A stretch of 64,000 bases of DNA from a bacterium (GTDB lineage: Bacteria; UBA8248). The stretch's first letter is position 1. Each line of letters opens with the position of its first letter. The notes under the pieces were generated by a model. That model was not told the DNA's origin. It ran no database searches and worked only from the letters and a program-made list of their open reading frames with translations. The position numbers and the translations under genes are program-made. Location of the stretch: the NCBI GenBank assembly GCA_963692865.2, contig OY843592.1:640001-704000 (forward strand), in the 5' to 3' direction. Shown here one piece after another: positions 39,049-48,148 of this stretch.

Positions 39049-39600
39049 CTACATTTTATGATTCATCTCATGGACCAAGAGAGCCAACTTCAAAGATACG
39101 CTGCTTGCGAATCCACCGAGCTCGCCCGAGCCCGCGGTGACTCGATGTCATGGTATTATAAGCGGAACGGGATTTCTATGAAGCGCCTGGCCGACGGCGC
39201 GTGAAGCATTTGGGTTTCCAATCTGATTCGCCACCCAGCCGTAGGAGCGCGTCTCGCCATAAGGAATTTTTTCCGTCTCCTTGAGCACCTTGGTCATAAA
39301 TGGCGTGAGAGAGGAGATATCTGTCTTCAACTTGAAATTTTTTCGGGCGCCTTCAAGATATTCTTCTATCTCTTTTGAAGCTCGACGACTCAACGGTGTT
39401 GATTGCTCCTTTGCATGATTCGCCGCGAGAAGTTTTTCCACTCCATTCAACATTCTTATTTCTGCAATGCCCTTATCCGATACAAACACGGAGAATTCCG
39501 CACGCACTTTCTGAAGCCACTCGGCTACATGATTTTCCAGCGATTCTCCATCTTGCCGGAACAACTCACCCTGTTGCCATCCATCTACCCGGCGCGCCAT
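39049..39600 (-). CDS. ogt: Selenocysteine-containing methylated-DNA-protein-cysteine methyltransferase (Ogt/MGMT), Sec TGA at 39148-39150
   Basis: IPYGETRSY..RAVG..NPVPLIIP-TGA-HRV equals the PCHRV active site. Readthrough gives LGGFA..K.ALL.HE and a TAG stop at 39049-39051. Confidence 0.9.
39108..39144 (-). promoter_or_regulatory. Putative SECIS hairpin of ogt
   Basis: mRNA CGAGUC-ACCG-CGG-GCUC-GGGC-GAGC-U-CGGU-G-GAUUCG forms a long stem immediately 3' of the UGA, with a G-rich apical loop about 20 nt from it. Confidence 0.65.
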
Positions 39601-39623
39601 CTCAAATTCTCCTGTTCATGCCG

Positions 39624-40820
39624 CTAAAACGCCGTGGCCACTCCTCTTACATAGGCCTGTCCCGTTCTTAAGCGCAAGATCTGATTCGTTCCATCCGAAT
39701 GCAAGAACGTGCTGGCATCACGAAGATATTTCTCCATGGGCGCATCGTGCATAATGCCTGCGCCACCGAATACCTCCATGCCCAGGCGCGCGCAATCAAA
39801 GGCGACCTCCGAAGCGAAAACTTTGCACTTCCATCCTTGCGTGAAATCATAGGGCTTTTGATGATCCACCGCCCAGGCGGTGCGCCAGATGTACGTGCGC
39901 GCAATGTCCAGATTCATCGCCATATCGGCGAGAATAGTTTCTATCGCCTGGTGTTGCCCGATGGGCTTGCCGCCCTGGACGCGTTCGCGGCTGTAGGCGA
40001 GCGCTTTCTCGAAAGCGGCGCGTCCGACACCCAAGGCCGTGGCGGCTGCTTCGGGTTTTCCCATCGCCAGCAGATTGCCTCTGATTTCGAACATATTCCC
40101 TTCGCCCAGGATAATGTGGTTCTCGGGGATCTCGACGTCTTCATAGAAAATTTCTGAATTCATCGAAAGTCGCTGGCCAATTTTTTCATGCACTTCGCCT
40201 ATCGATACGCCGGGTGTCTCTCTAGGCACCAGAAAGCCGGTCAAGCCTTCTCTCAAGCTTTTGCTGAGGTCGGTTCTCGCCGCCAAAACGTACAACGACG
40301 CGACAGGGCCATTGCTGACATAGCGCTTTTCCCCATTGATGATCCATTTGCCGCCCTCTTTCTCCGCGCGCGTATAAAGCGCAATGGAGGGATCGTCGTA
40401 ATATCCCTGATGGTCGGTTCCCGCTCCCTCTTCCGTCATGGAAATCGCAGCCAGGAATCTGGGGTCTTCACACAGGCGTTTTATCCAGGGATCTCTGACT
40501 TCAGGCTCTACCTTTTCGAATATATGGGACAGCTTCCATGTCTGATCCAGGTTCACCGCAAAACCCAGATCTCCCACGGCAAGCTCCTCCCCCGCCAGAC
40601 AACAAGAAAGCACGTCGGCATCCATTCCGCCATATTCTTTGGGATAGGGAAGCTGCCTTAAACCCAAAGCGCTTGCTTTTTCGGTCAAATCCCACGGCAT
40701 CCGCTCTTCCCAGTTCTGAATCCGGTCACGCTCGGGAGCCACCGGAGCCAGTTCTTCACCAGCAAATTTTCTGGCTATTGTCTGAATTTGTATTTGTTCT
40801 TCATTCAATGTGAATTCCAT
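39624..40820 (-). CDS. Acyl-CoA dehydrogenase family protein (atypical)
   Basis: MTEEGAGTD, NGEKRYVSN, KIGQR, RVQGGKPI, FGGAG..EKYLRDA. HSDGT replaces the usual YEGT. Confidence 0.92.
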   Translation of the reverse strand: MEFTLNEEQIQIQTIARKFAGEELAPVAPERDRIQNWEERMPWDLTEKASALGLRQLPYPKEYGGMDADVLSCCLAGEELAVGDLGFAVNLDQTWKLSHIFEKVEPEVRDPWIKRLCEDPRFLAAISMTEEGAGTDHQGYYDDPSIALYTRAEKEGGKWIINGEKRYVSNGPVASLYVLAARTDLSKSLREGLTGFLVPRETPGVSIGEVHEKIGQRLSMNSEIFYEDVEIPENHIILGEGNMFEIRGNLLAMGKPEAAATALGVGRAAFEKALAYSRERVQGGKPIGQHQAIETILADMAMNLDIARTYIWRTAWAVDHQKPYDFTQGWKCKVFASEVAFDCARLGMEVFGGAGIMHDAPMEKYLRDASTFLHSDGTNQILRLRTGQAYVRGVATAF

Positions 40821-40895
40821 GCACACTCCTCCCGTCAATCATCCCCTGAAAGCGAGGCAAATGATACGATTCTCTTTAAGGAAAACAAAAGCGCA

Positions 40896-41279
40896 TCATG
40901 AAGAACAAGACAATGCGCGATTGGCCGCAGCCATCTCCATGACGCCGGGCGGTCTGCCGACGCCTGCGACAAAAGCGGCATCCGCTCCCGCCATTTCTAG
41001 CTGAAGAACAGATTCGTTCAAATCTGCATTTGGTGATAGCGATATGCCTCGCCTCGAAGGCATGTCTGTTTTTGCGACCTCTCCCACCTTTTGAAAAACC
41101 TCGGGCACACGAAGAAACTCATCCAGGTCTTTTTTGCTTACAACGCCAACCAAGCGATTTTCATCAAAAACAGCCGCCCAAGGCGAGTTTATCCTGTTCA
41201 TGGCCGTCCAAGCTTCTCTGGCGTCCTCCTCCACCCCAACAATCGCTACCGCCTGCAAAAAACACTCCCGAACCTTCAT
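40896..41279 (-). CDS. CBS-domain protein
   Basis: MKVRE, A...M, VFDENRLVGVVSKKDL. Confidence 0.7.
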   Translation of the reverse strand: MKVRECFLQAVAIVGVEEDAREAWTAMNRINSPWAAVFDENRLVGVVSKKDLDEFLRVPEVFQKVGEVAKTDMPSRRGISLSPNADLNESVLQLEMAGADAAFVAGVGRPPGVMEMAAANRALSCSS

Positions 41280-41977
41280 CGAGCGATTTTCTCGGCCACC
41301 GACAGAAAACCAAAGCGCGGCATTGCTTCAATTTTCAAAAACGTTGATTTCATCGCTTTTAGTCTTTCCGGTGGATGTTGGGCGATTTCACTGGCCAGAT
41401 CACATGTTACCCTCATCAGGTCTATTTTCGATGTGAGGCGATTCACCAATCCTAAGCGATATCCCTCTCGCGCATCAAATCTTCTGCCGGTGAGCACCAA
41501 ATCCTTTGCTGATGGAATAAAAATCTGCCGCGTCAGACGAACGGTGGCGTCTCCTCCAGGAAATACGCCCATCGCAGTCTCCGGATATCCCAAAACGGCG
41601 CCCTCCACCGCAACACGAATATCGCATGAGAGCATCAACACCATCCCCCACCCGAAAGCGGGCCCGTTTACCGCTGCTATGGTCGGGATGGGCAGTTCAC
41701 GAAGGGCCGTACTCCACCTCTCGCCCAACATCATGAAGCGTTTCGCTTGTTCTTTCGTATGGGTAGCGCTTTCCTTAAGGTCGCGTCCTGAAGAAAAAGA
41801 CGTTCCTGAGCCGATTACAATAAGGACTTTAATATCTGGTGTCCTTTTAATTTCATCCATCTCCCTGCACATGGCTTCCATCAATGGCGTGTTGAATGCG
41901 TTTCGCGTTTCCGGACGATTCACGGTGATGATCGCAACATGGGATTCGATATGTGTGATGATCAGGCCTTTATCCAT
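41276..41977 (-). CDS. Enoyl-CoA hydratase/isomerase family protein
   Basis: NRPETRNA, FSSGRDLKE, PTIAAVNG, CDIR, PE...G.FPG. Confidence 0.9.
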   Translation of the reverse strand: MDKGLIITHIESHVAIITVNRPETRNAFNTPLMEAMCREMDEIKRTPDIKVLIVIGSGTSFSSGRDLKESATHTKEQAKRFMMLGERWSTALRELPIPTIAAVNGPAFGWGMVLMLSCDIRVAVEGAVLGYPETAMGVFPGGDATVRLTRQIFIPSAKDLVLTGRRFDAREGYRLGLVNRLTSKIDLMRVTCDLASEIAQHPPERLKAMKSTFLKIEAMPRFGFLSVAEKIAR

Positions 41978-41991
41978 GTTTCGCCACAATG

Positions 41992-42023
41992 AAAAAAAAA
42001 GCCCGTCCCCTGAGGGACAGGCT
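41992..42023 (-). terminator. Intrinsic terminator
   Basis: The minus strand reads AGCCTGTCCC-TCAG-GGGACGGGCT followed by a T run. Confidence 0.8.
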
Positions 42024-42050
42024 CGATGTATCATGGAAATTGGAAAGTCT

Positions 42051-42833
42051 TTATTCTCCGGTAAACACAGGTTTTCTCTTTTCTCTGAACGCCGCCAGCG
42101 CCTCGGCGAAATCCTTGGTGTGATTCAAAGGCAATCTGTGAGCGTTGGAAAACTCGACGGCCTGAGCGAGCGGCATATCGAGCGTTTGATCGATCACTTT
42201 TTTCGCGCTACGAACCCCCAAGGGGCCATTATCTCTTATCTTCTCCGCTATGGCGGTCGCTTCATCCATCAGCCTGTCCAGTGGATGCGCTTTGTTCACC
42301 AAACCAATACGCTCCGCTTCTTTTCCATCGATTCTCTTGCTCGTGTAAACCAATTCTTTCGCCTGTCCGGCCGGCATGATTCTTTGGAGCCAGACTACGC
42401 CACCTGCCCCGGGGAAGATTCCCAGGCTGCATTCCGGAAAACAAAGAGTAGCTTTTTCCGCGGCCAGTCTGATATCGCATACCAAGGTGATTTCCACGCC
42501 CCAGCCGAACGTATGACCGTTGATAGCGGCGATGGTGGGCATGGGCAAGCGTTCCCATAGCGACGTCGCCGTCATCACGTAGCGCTGGTATTGATCGGCC
42601 ATCTCCTTCGTATGCGTTGTGCTTTCTTTCAGGTCGCGGCCCGTGCTGAAACCACGTCCCTCGCCGGTGAGGATGACCACGCGCACGTTTTGTGCATCGG
42701 CCAAGGTTCGCGTCAATTCCACGAATTCTTCCGCCATCTTGAAGCTGATCGCGTTCAGGCTCTCCGGACGGTTGAACTTCACTACCGACAATCCATCTTC
42801 TTCCGTATAGGATAACGTTTCAAATTCGCGCAC
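42051..42833 (-). CDS. Enoyl-CoA hydratase/isomerase family protein
   Basis: NRPESLNA, FSTGRDLKE, GWGVE, PECSLGIFPG, AFREKRKPVFTG. Confidence 0.93.
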   Translation of the reverse strand: MREFETLSYTEEDGLSVVKFNRPESLNAISFKMAEEFVELTRTLADAQNVRVVILTGEGRGFSTGRDLKESTTHTKEMADQYQRYVMTATSLWERLPMPTIAAINGHTFGWGVEITLVCDIRLAAEKATLCFPECSLGIFPGAGGVVWLQRIMPAGQAKELVYTSKRIDGKEAERIGLVNKAHPLDRLMDEATAIAEKIRDNGPLGVRSAKKVIDQTLDMPLAQAVEFSNAHRLPLNHTKDFAEALAAFREKRKPVFTGE

Positions 42834-42873
42834 GCGTCCCCTCCTGGAAAATATCTTTTCAACTCGATTCGGA

Positions 42874-43404
42874 TCAGCTTTTCAGATGGCTGGCCACTTC
42901 TTCGACAAACTTGAGTGTCGTGTCTCTCATTTCATCAGGCTGTAAATTGCTGACCGGGTGAGGCAACTGAATATAGGGATGGCCTTCCATACCCTTTCCG
43001 CGGAACTGAAAGTCCGCCGCATTCTTGAACGCCTCGGTGATAATGGTCGTCGAAGGAACGCCCCGTTTTTCAAATTCAACCGTGTCGTGCACACTGCACA
43101 ACGTGCAGGAGCCTCAGCCCCCCAATGCGGCTATCGCCACATCCACCTCCTGGGCCATTTCTTCAATCATTTCATCAGTGGCAGGCTTCGAGTAATGCTC
43201 TTTGCGCCGCGAGATGACTCTGGCCACGTCGAACTGCTCACGCAGGGCATTACCAAGAGTTTCCAAAATGATATCCGCTTGTTCTTTCGTGTTATCGAGG
43301 AGCCCCACCACCTTTCCCGAAAGATCGCCGGGCCGTTGCGCAAGCTCGATTCGCGCGGCCGATCCTCCCGCCGTCGGATCAATGAATCCCATTCCGTTCG
43401 CCAT
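42874..43404 (-). CDS. UGSC-family selenoprotein, Sec TGA at 43114-43116
   Basis: ORFs 43114-43416 and 42874-43101 are in the same frame. Readthrough gives AALGG-U-GSCTLCSVHD..EKRGVP. RBS GGAG precedes ATG 43404. Confidence 0.92.
43084..43102 (-). promoter_or_regulatory. Putative SECIS hairpin of the UGSC gene
   Basis: GUUGUGCA-GUG-UGCACGAC stem-loop begins 11 nt after the UGA, with a G in the loop. Confidence 0.65.
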
Positions 43405-43599
43405 GGTTTTCTCCATATGATATGTGAATTCAACCGAGGCTAAATCATATCCCGCAATTCATTCCTTGTCTACGATATCAGCCTTTTCGTTCTTTTCATG
43501 AAAATGCGAATGATGTTTTTTCCGCTTCTCAGTTTCGCGGATTTTTGGCAAAATCAAGTCTAATTTACAGCAATCCTCTTAACCTTAAGGAGCAGACAA

Positions 43600-45861
43600 A
43601 TGGCCGATTACGATATCATCGGCAAGTCGAATGTTCGATACGACGCTATTCCGAAAGCGGATGGCTCCATGCCCTATGGAGAGGACGCGATACCCGCAGG
43701 CGCCTTACAGTGCGGCGTACTGTTTACGCCCATCCCCGTAGGCCGCCTGAAAAAACTCGACACTTCTAAAGCCGAAAAAATCCCGGGCGTAGCCGCCATT
43801 CTAACTGCAAAAGATATTCCGGGCACAAACGCGCGATTCGGCTCCGGAACACCGGGCCTGCCCCATCAACCGGTTCTGGTGGAAGATAAAATCGAATTTA
43901 CGGGAGACGCTCTCGCCATCGTAGGCGCCGAAAACAGAGAAGCGCTTGACGCCGCCATCGCGGCCATCGAGGTGGAAATCGAGGCGGAAGAAGGCGTGTG
44001 GACAACGCGTCACGATGAAACGAGCGCCGAGAAACGCCAGGCGTGTGATTTCGAGGCCACCCGCGGTGACATCAAAACCGCGTTCGATGAAGCCGACGTG
44101 GTGGTTGAGAAAACATACACCACGCAACTTGCCGAGCACGCCTTTCTGGAACCCGCTTCCGGTACCTCCTGGATGGAGGAAGACGGCGTTATCACAATCC
44201 GCGTCGGCACACAGCTTATTGAATACTATCGAGCCATTGCGGCGATTTTGGGAATCTCGCATAGCCGCGTCCGCCACCTCGGCACTTACGTCGGCGGCGG
44301 ATTCGGCGCCAAGGGTATGTTGACCGTAGAGCCTTACCTGGCGCTGCTTACATGGCATACACAAAGGCCAGCGGTAATGGTACTGGGTCGCGAGCACGGC
44401 ATCAGAAATACCTCGAAAAAACATCCTTTCTATATGAAATACAAAACAGGAGCGACCAAGGACGGGAAAATCCTTGCCGTAGAAGCGGATATCGTGGGCG
44501 ATGCAGGCGCCTATCCGTATAAGTCCAATCTATTCCTCCTGGGCGCGATGTGCATCGCCGCGGGTCCTTACGATGTCCCCAACGTAAAAATACGCGCGCA
44601 CGGCTATCTCACCAACAATCCCATCACCAACGCGATGCGCGGTGTCGGATCAAATCAAGTCTGCTTCGCATATGAGACCCAAATGAATCTGGTTGCAGAC
44701 GCCATCGGGATAGATAAATACGAATTCAGGCGCAAGAATTTCATCCAGAAAGGCCAGGAACTGCCGACCGGGCAGGTAATTCCTTACGAACCGAACCTGG
44801 AAGGATGCCTCGACGGCGCGCTTCAGGCATTGGGCGAACCTACAGAACCAGGGCCGGGCAAACGCATTGGCAGGGCGGCGGCGGCGAACATCACCGGCTA
44901 CGGAAGGCCGAATGACGACGCGAATGCGGCGGTTCACCTTGAGCCGGATGGCAGCGCCGTTGTCCGCGTAAGCGCGCCGGACATAGGCGCCGGCCAGGGC
45001 GCTACTCTCCAAAGCATCACGGCGGAAACCCTCGGACTCAGGCTAGATCAGGTTTCAACCCGTCTGTCCGATTCTGCTACTACGCCGCTCTCGGGCATCA
45101 CTGCAGGTTCTCGCCAAACACTCATGGCTGGGCACGCCGTTCAACTTGCCGCAGACGAAGTTCGAAAAGCCGTTACCAAAGGCGCCGCTTCGTTGCTCGA
45201 GGCTGCAGAAGAGGACATTCGCCTTGGAGGCGGCGAGGCATGGGTGGCCTCCGCTCCCGAGAGAATAGTTGGCATCGGTGCTGCGGCTGGCGAAGCCAAA
45301 AAAATGGGTGAATCGCTACATTGCACTCATGGCTACAACATGCCGGGACATGATTATGAGAATCCGGAGCGATACATGAACGGTATGGGCGGATGGTCGG
45401 ACTACACTTTTGGCGTTCATGCAAGTGAAGTGGAAGTCGACATCGAAACCGGCGAAGTGAATCTCTTGAAGCACATCGCTTCCCACGATGTCGGACGAGC
45501 GCTGAATCCTCAAAGCGTGGAGGGGCAATTCGAAGGCGGTGCGGTAATGGGAATTGGCTATGCGCTGCACGAGGAAATCACCATGGTGGAAGGAGACTGC
45601 CGATCACAAAGCTTTCACGAATACCTGATTCCCACCTCATCGGATATAGGCGAATTTGAGTCCGTCGTCCTCGAATGCGGGGAAGGGGCAGGCCCATATG
45701 GCGCACGCGGCGTCGGAGAACCTCCGTGCAATAACGCACCGGCCGCCGTCGCCCTCGCCATCAACGATGCGATAGGCACAGAAGTCTACGACCTCCCCAT
45801 CACGCCCGAGCGAGTCTGCTGGGCGGTAACAAAGAAAAACGGTAAAAGCAACGGTCATTAA
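43600..45861 (+). CDS. Xanthine-dehydrogenase-family molybdopterin-binding subunit
   Basis: HAFLEP, GGGFGAK, AMRGVG, DIGAG, AGSRQT, HDVGRALNP..VEGQ, GVGEP. Confidence 0.94.
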   Translation: MADYDIIGKSNVRYDAIPKADGSMPYGEDAIPAGALQCGVLFTPIPVGRLKKLDTSKAEKIPGVAAILTAKDIPGTNARFGSGTPGLPHQPVLVEDKIEFTGDALAIVGAENREALDAAIAAIEVEIEAEEGVWTTRHDETSAEKRQACDFEATRGDIKTAFDEADVVVEKTYTTQLAEHAFLEPASGTSWMEEDGVITIRVGTQLIEYYRAIAAILGISHSRVRHLGTYVGGGFGAKGMLTVEPYLALLTWHTQRPAVMVLGREHGIRNTSKKHPFYMKYKTGATKDGKILAVEADIVGDAGAYPYKSNLFLLGAMCIAAGPYDVPNVKIRAHGYLTNNPITNAMRGVGSNQVCFAYETQMNLVADAIGIDKYEFRRKNFIQKGQELPTGQVIPYEPNLEGCLDGALQALGEPTEPGPGKRIGRAAAANITGYGRPNDDANAAVHLEPDGSAVVRVSAPDIGAGQGATLQSITAETLGLRLDQVSTRLSDSATTPLSGITAGSRQTLMAGHAVQLAADEVRKAVTKGAASLLEAAEEDIRLGGGEAWVASAPERIVGIGAAAGEAKKMGESLHCTHGYNMPGHDYENPERYMNGMGGWSDYTFGVHASEVEVDIETGEVNLLKHIASHDVGRALNPQSVEGQFEGGAVMGIGYALHEEITMVEGDCRSQSFHEYLIPTSSDIGEFESVVLECGEGAGPYGARGVGEPPCNNAPAAVALAINDAIGTEVYDLPITPERVCWAVTKKNGKSNGH

Positions 45862-45875
45862 CAGGCTTCGATCAC

Positions 45876-45909
45876 AAAAGAGCCCCGGCAATTTTGTCGG
45901 GGCTCTTTT
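45876..45909. terminator. Bidirectional intrinsic terminator
   Basis: AAAAGAGCCCCGGCA-ATTT-TGTCGGGGCTCTTTT lies between convergent genes. Confidence 0.85.
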
Positions 45910-46035
45910 CTAAAGAAATGCACAAAACATTGCTGTTAACTCAAAGAGTAGACCGAAAAGAGTCCTTTTCGAGATTTTGAGATGTGTTGCTGAAAATCCG
46001 GTCTTCTGATCATCATTTCTTGGAAAGAAAACTTA

Positions 46036-47055
46036 TCATAAGTCAAAATTTTTTGTCACCGCCCGACACGCCACCGTAATTCCGTGCATGACCATGCTGG
46101 AAGGCGAACCCCTGCTTCCTGCGACGATTAAATGAAGATCTTCGGGATCGCCAACCGCAGGCACAAAAAAATCATCATCTTTCACATCCACGGGAAACGG
46201 CCAACGATCCGCGCCTTTCTCGCCCCGCCAGATACCGCCGCGCTTGATATCCCCTATAGTGCGCCCACCCATTTCCAGTAATTTTTGATGGACATCACTA
46301 CGAGTCATTCCGGCGTCAGCGCAAAGATGCGCATGTTGCGCACCCAGGACAACCGCCATATCCGCTTGCCGATACATATTGGGTCCGCCCAGTGCGGACA
46401 TCATATCGGCAACCGTCGCAAGAAGCCGGTCGGGAGTCAGGCTCGCATCGTCCCACACCTGCACTGGCCCTTCGAGAGGAATCATGGTCACCACATTATC
46501 GCTCTTCGAAAACCCTTTCGATTCCGCATACGACTCCCAGGGCGATTCCTCCTCGTTCTCCCGGATGCAAAAGGTGTTTCGCCAGGGGCCGCCAAAACCG
46601 CCGAGACAGGTGATTCCGGGGATGCCTCCACCCACATTCATCATGATGAGCCGCACGGCGCGGCCGATGGTCAGATTCGCCCGAAAGCCGGGTCCCATGC
46701 AGCCCACGCCGCCGTGCAGACCGATCTCCCTGGCGTAGGGGCCATTCACCAACAGAAAAGGCGCGCCCGCACTCGTCGTGGCCTGAATCAGATTTACGTT
46801 GAAACGCTCATCAAGAAGCGCTTCCAGTCCAGCTATCAGCACAGGTATGTACTCGGGCCTACAACCCGCCATCACGGCATGGGCCGCCAGACTCTGGATG
46901 CTGAGTTCTCCCCCAGCCGGAGCTACTTGGCCAAGTACTTCACCCGGCTCCCTTTTGGTTCCCGAGAGCATCAAAGCGATTCTCTCTTCCGTCGGAGTCA
47001 CGACAGGCAGGCCGTCCGACCATTCTTTGTCAAAGAAAAACTCAAACTCATCCAT
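46036..47055 (-). CDS. Uncharacterised 'DGLP..PT' family protein, paralogue 4 of 4
   Basis: WSDGLPVVTPTEER, HAVMAGC, VNGPY, GCMGPGFRAN.TIGRA, C..EN, LIVAG. Confidence 0.9.
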   Translation of the reverse strand: MDEFEFFFDKEWSDGLPVVTPTEERIALMLSGTKREPGEVLGQVAPAGGELSIQSLAAHAVMAGCRPEYIPVLIAGLEALLDERFNVNLIQATTSAGAPFLLVNGPYAREIGLHGGVGCMGPGFRANLTIGRAVRLIMMNVGGGIPGITCLGGFGGPWRNTFCIRENEEESPWESYAESKGFSKSDNVVTMIPLEGPVQVWDDASLTPDRLLATVADMMSALGGPNMYRQADMAVVLGAQHAHLCADAGMTRSDVHQKLLEMGGRTIGDIKRGGIWRGEKGADRWPFPVDVKDDDFFVPAVGDPEDLHLIVAGSRGSPSSMVMHGITVACRAVTKNFDL

Positions 47056-47090
47056 GTGCTCATCCTCAAAAGCAAGGCTGGCGGAAAGGC

Positions 47091-48107
47091 TTATGGTTGG
47101 TAGTCAGTCGAGACCGCTTCGCTGCCATCCACCCAGCCGGGCATGACGGCCGTCACCGGCCCGGGCGTACCGCCTGCGACGAGAAGTACCAGGTTATCTT
47201 CATCTTTAATCGCCGGCACCAGAAACGAATCATCCTGCAGGTTCACATCAAATGGCCACTTGGCTGCCATCTCATCACGCCAATAGCCCGATCTTTTCAA
47301 CTCGCCAAGGGGTCTGCGCGCAAGGCCCATAATTCTGTGATGAACATCTTTTTTGCTCAAACCAGCCTCCGCGCACATCCGCGCGTGGTCCGGCCCCAGG
47401 GCAACGACAATTTGGGTCTTCAGCCAGATGTTCAGCGAACCCAATGTGGATATTTTATCTGCTAATCCTACGAAAAAAGATTCCGGCTCCTTGGAATAAT
47501 CATCGATATATCCTTGGGGCGCTTCGGTCATCACGGCGGTTACAACATCGTCATCCAGATGAAATCCTCTCGTGACGGACAACGACTCCCATGGACTTTC
47601 CTCTTCGTTCTCGGCAATACAGAATGTATATCTGGCGGGAGAGCCGAAGGTGCTCATCGAGGCGAAAACCGGAACACCCCCACCCAGGTTCATGAGAATG
47701 AGCCGGATGGCGCGGCCAATCGTCGCATTCGCCCGAAAACCCGGCCCAAAGCACCCCGTGCCGCCGTGCAGACCGATTTTTTTCGCGTAAGGCCCATTCA
47801 CGATCATTAGAGGGGCCGCGCTGTGCATGGTTCCCTGAACGCCGTTCAAGTTGAGTTTCGGCGTGAGTAGCGCTCCAAGTCCTGCAATGACGACGGGCAA
47901 GTACGAAGGCTCGCACCCCGCCATCACGGCGTGAGCGGCAATCGCTTCAACTTTTGCTTCCCCCATGAGGGGCGGCACCAAACCGATGACTTCTGAAGCC
48001 CCAAGTCTTGTGCCTGAGAGCATGGAGGCCATTCGTTCTTGGGTTGGGGGAATAATCGGCAGGCCGTCCGACCAGGATTTTTGAAAGAAAAATTCGAATT
48101 CATCCAT
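47091..48107 (-). CDS. Uncharacterised 'DGLP..PT' family protein, paralogue 3 of 4
   Basis: Same motifs: WSDGLPIIPPT, HAVMAGC, GCFGPGFRAN. Confidence 0.9.
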   Translation of the reverse strand: MDEFEFFFQKSWSDGLPIIPPTQERMASMLSGTRLGASEVIGLVPPLMGEAKVEAIAAHAVMAGCEPSYLPVVIAGLGALLTPKLNLNGVQGTMHSAAPLMIVNGPYAKKIGLHGGTGCFGPGFRANATIGRAIRLILMNLGGGVPVFASMSTFGSPARYTFCIAENEEESPWESLSVTRGFHLDDDVVTAVMTEAPQGYIDDYSKEPESFFVGLADKISTLGSLNIWLKTQIVVALGPDHARMCAEAGLSKKDVHHRIMGLARRPLGELKRSGYWRDEMAAKWPFDVNLQDDSFLVPAIKDEDNLVLLVAGGTPGPVTAVMPGWVDGSEAVSTDYQP

Positions 48108-48148
48108 GGAAATATGACACCACTTTATCCATCGGGGCGACTCCGGCG

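Noticed and set aside
40824-40910. The CBS gene ends CSS-TGA-C, a possible CxxU selenoprotein motif
   Set aside because: There is no convincing hairpin after the TGA, the readthrough peptide looks like intergenic sequence, and it is not a known catalytic position.
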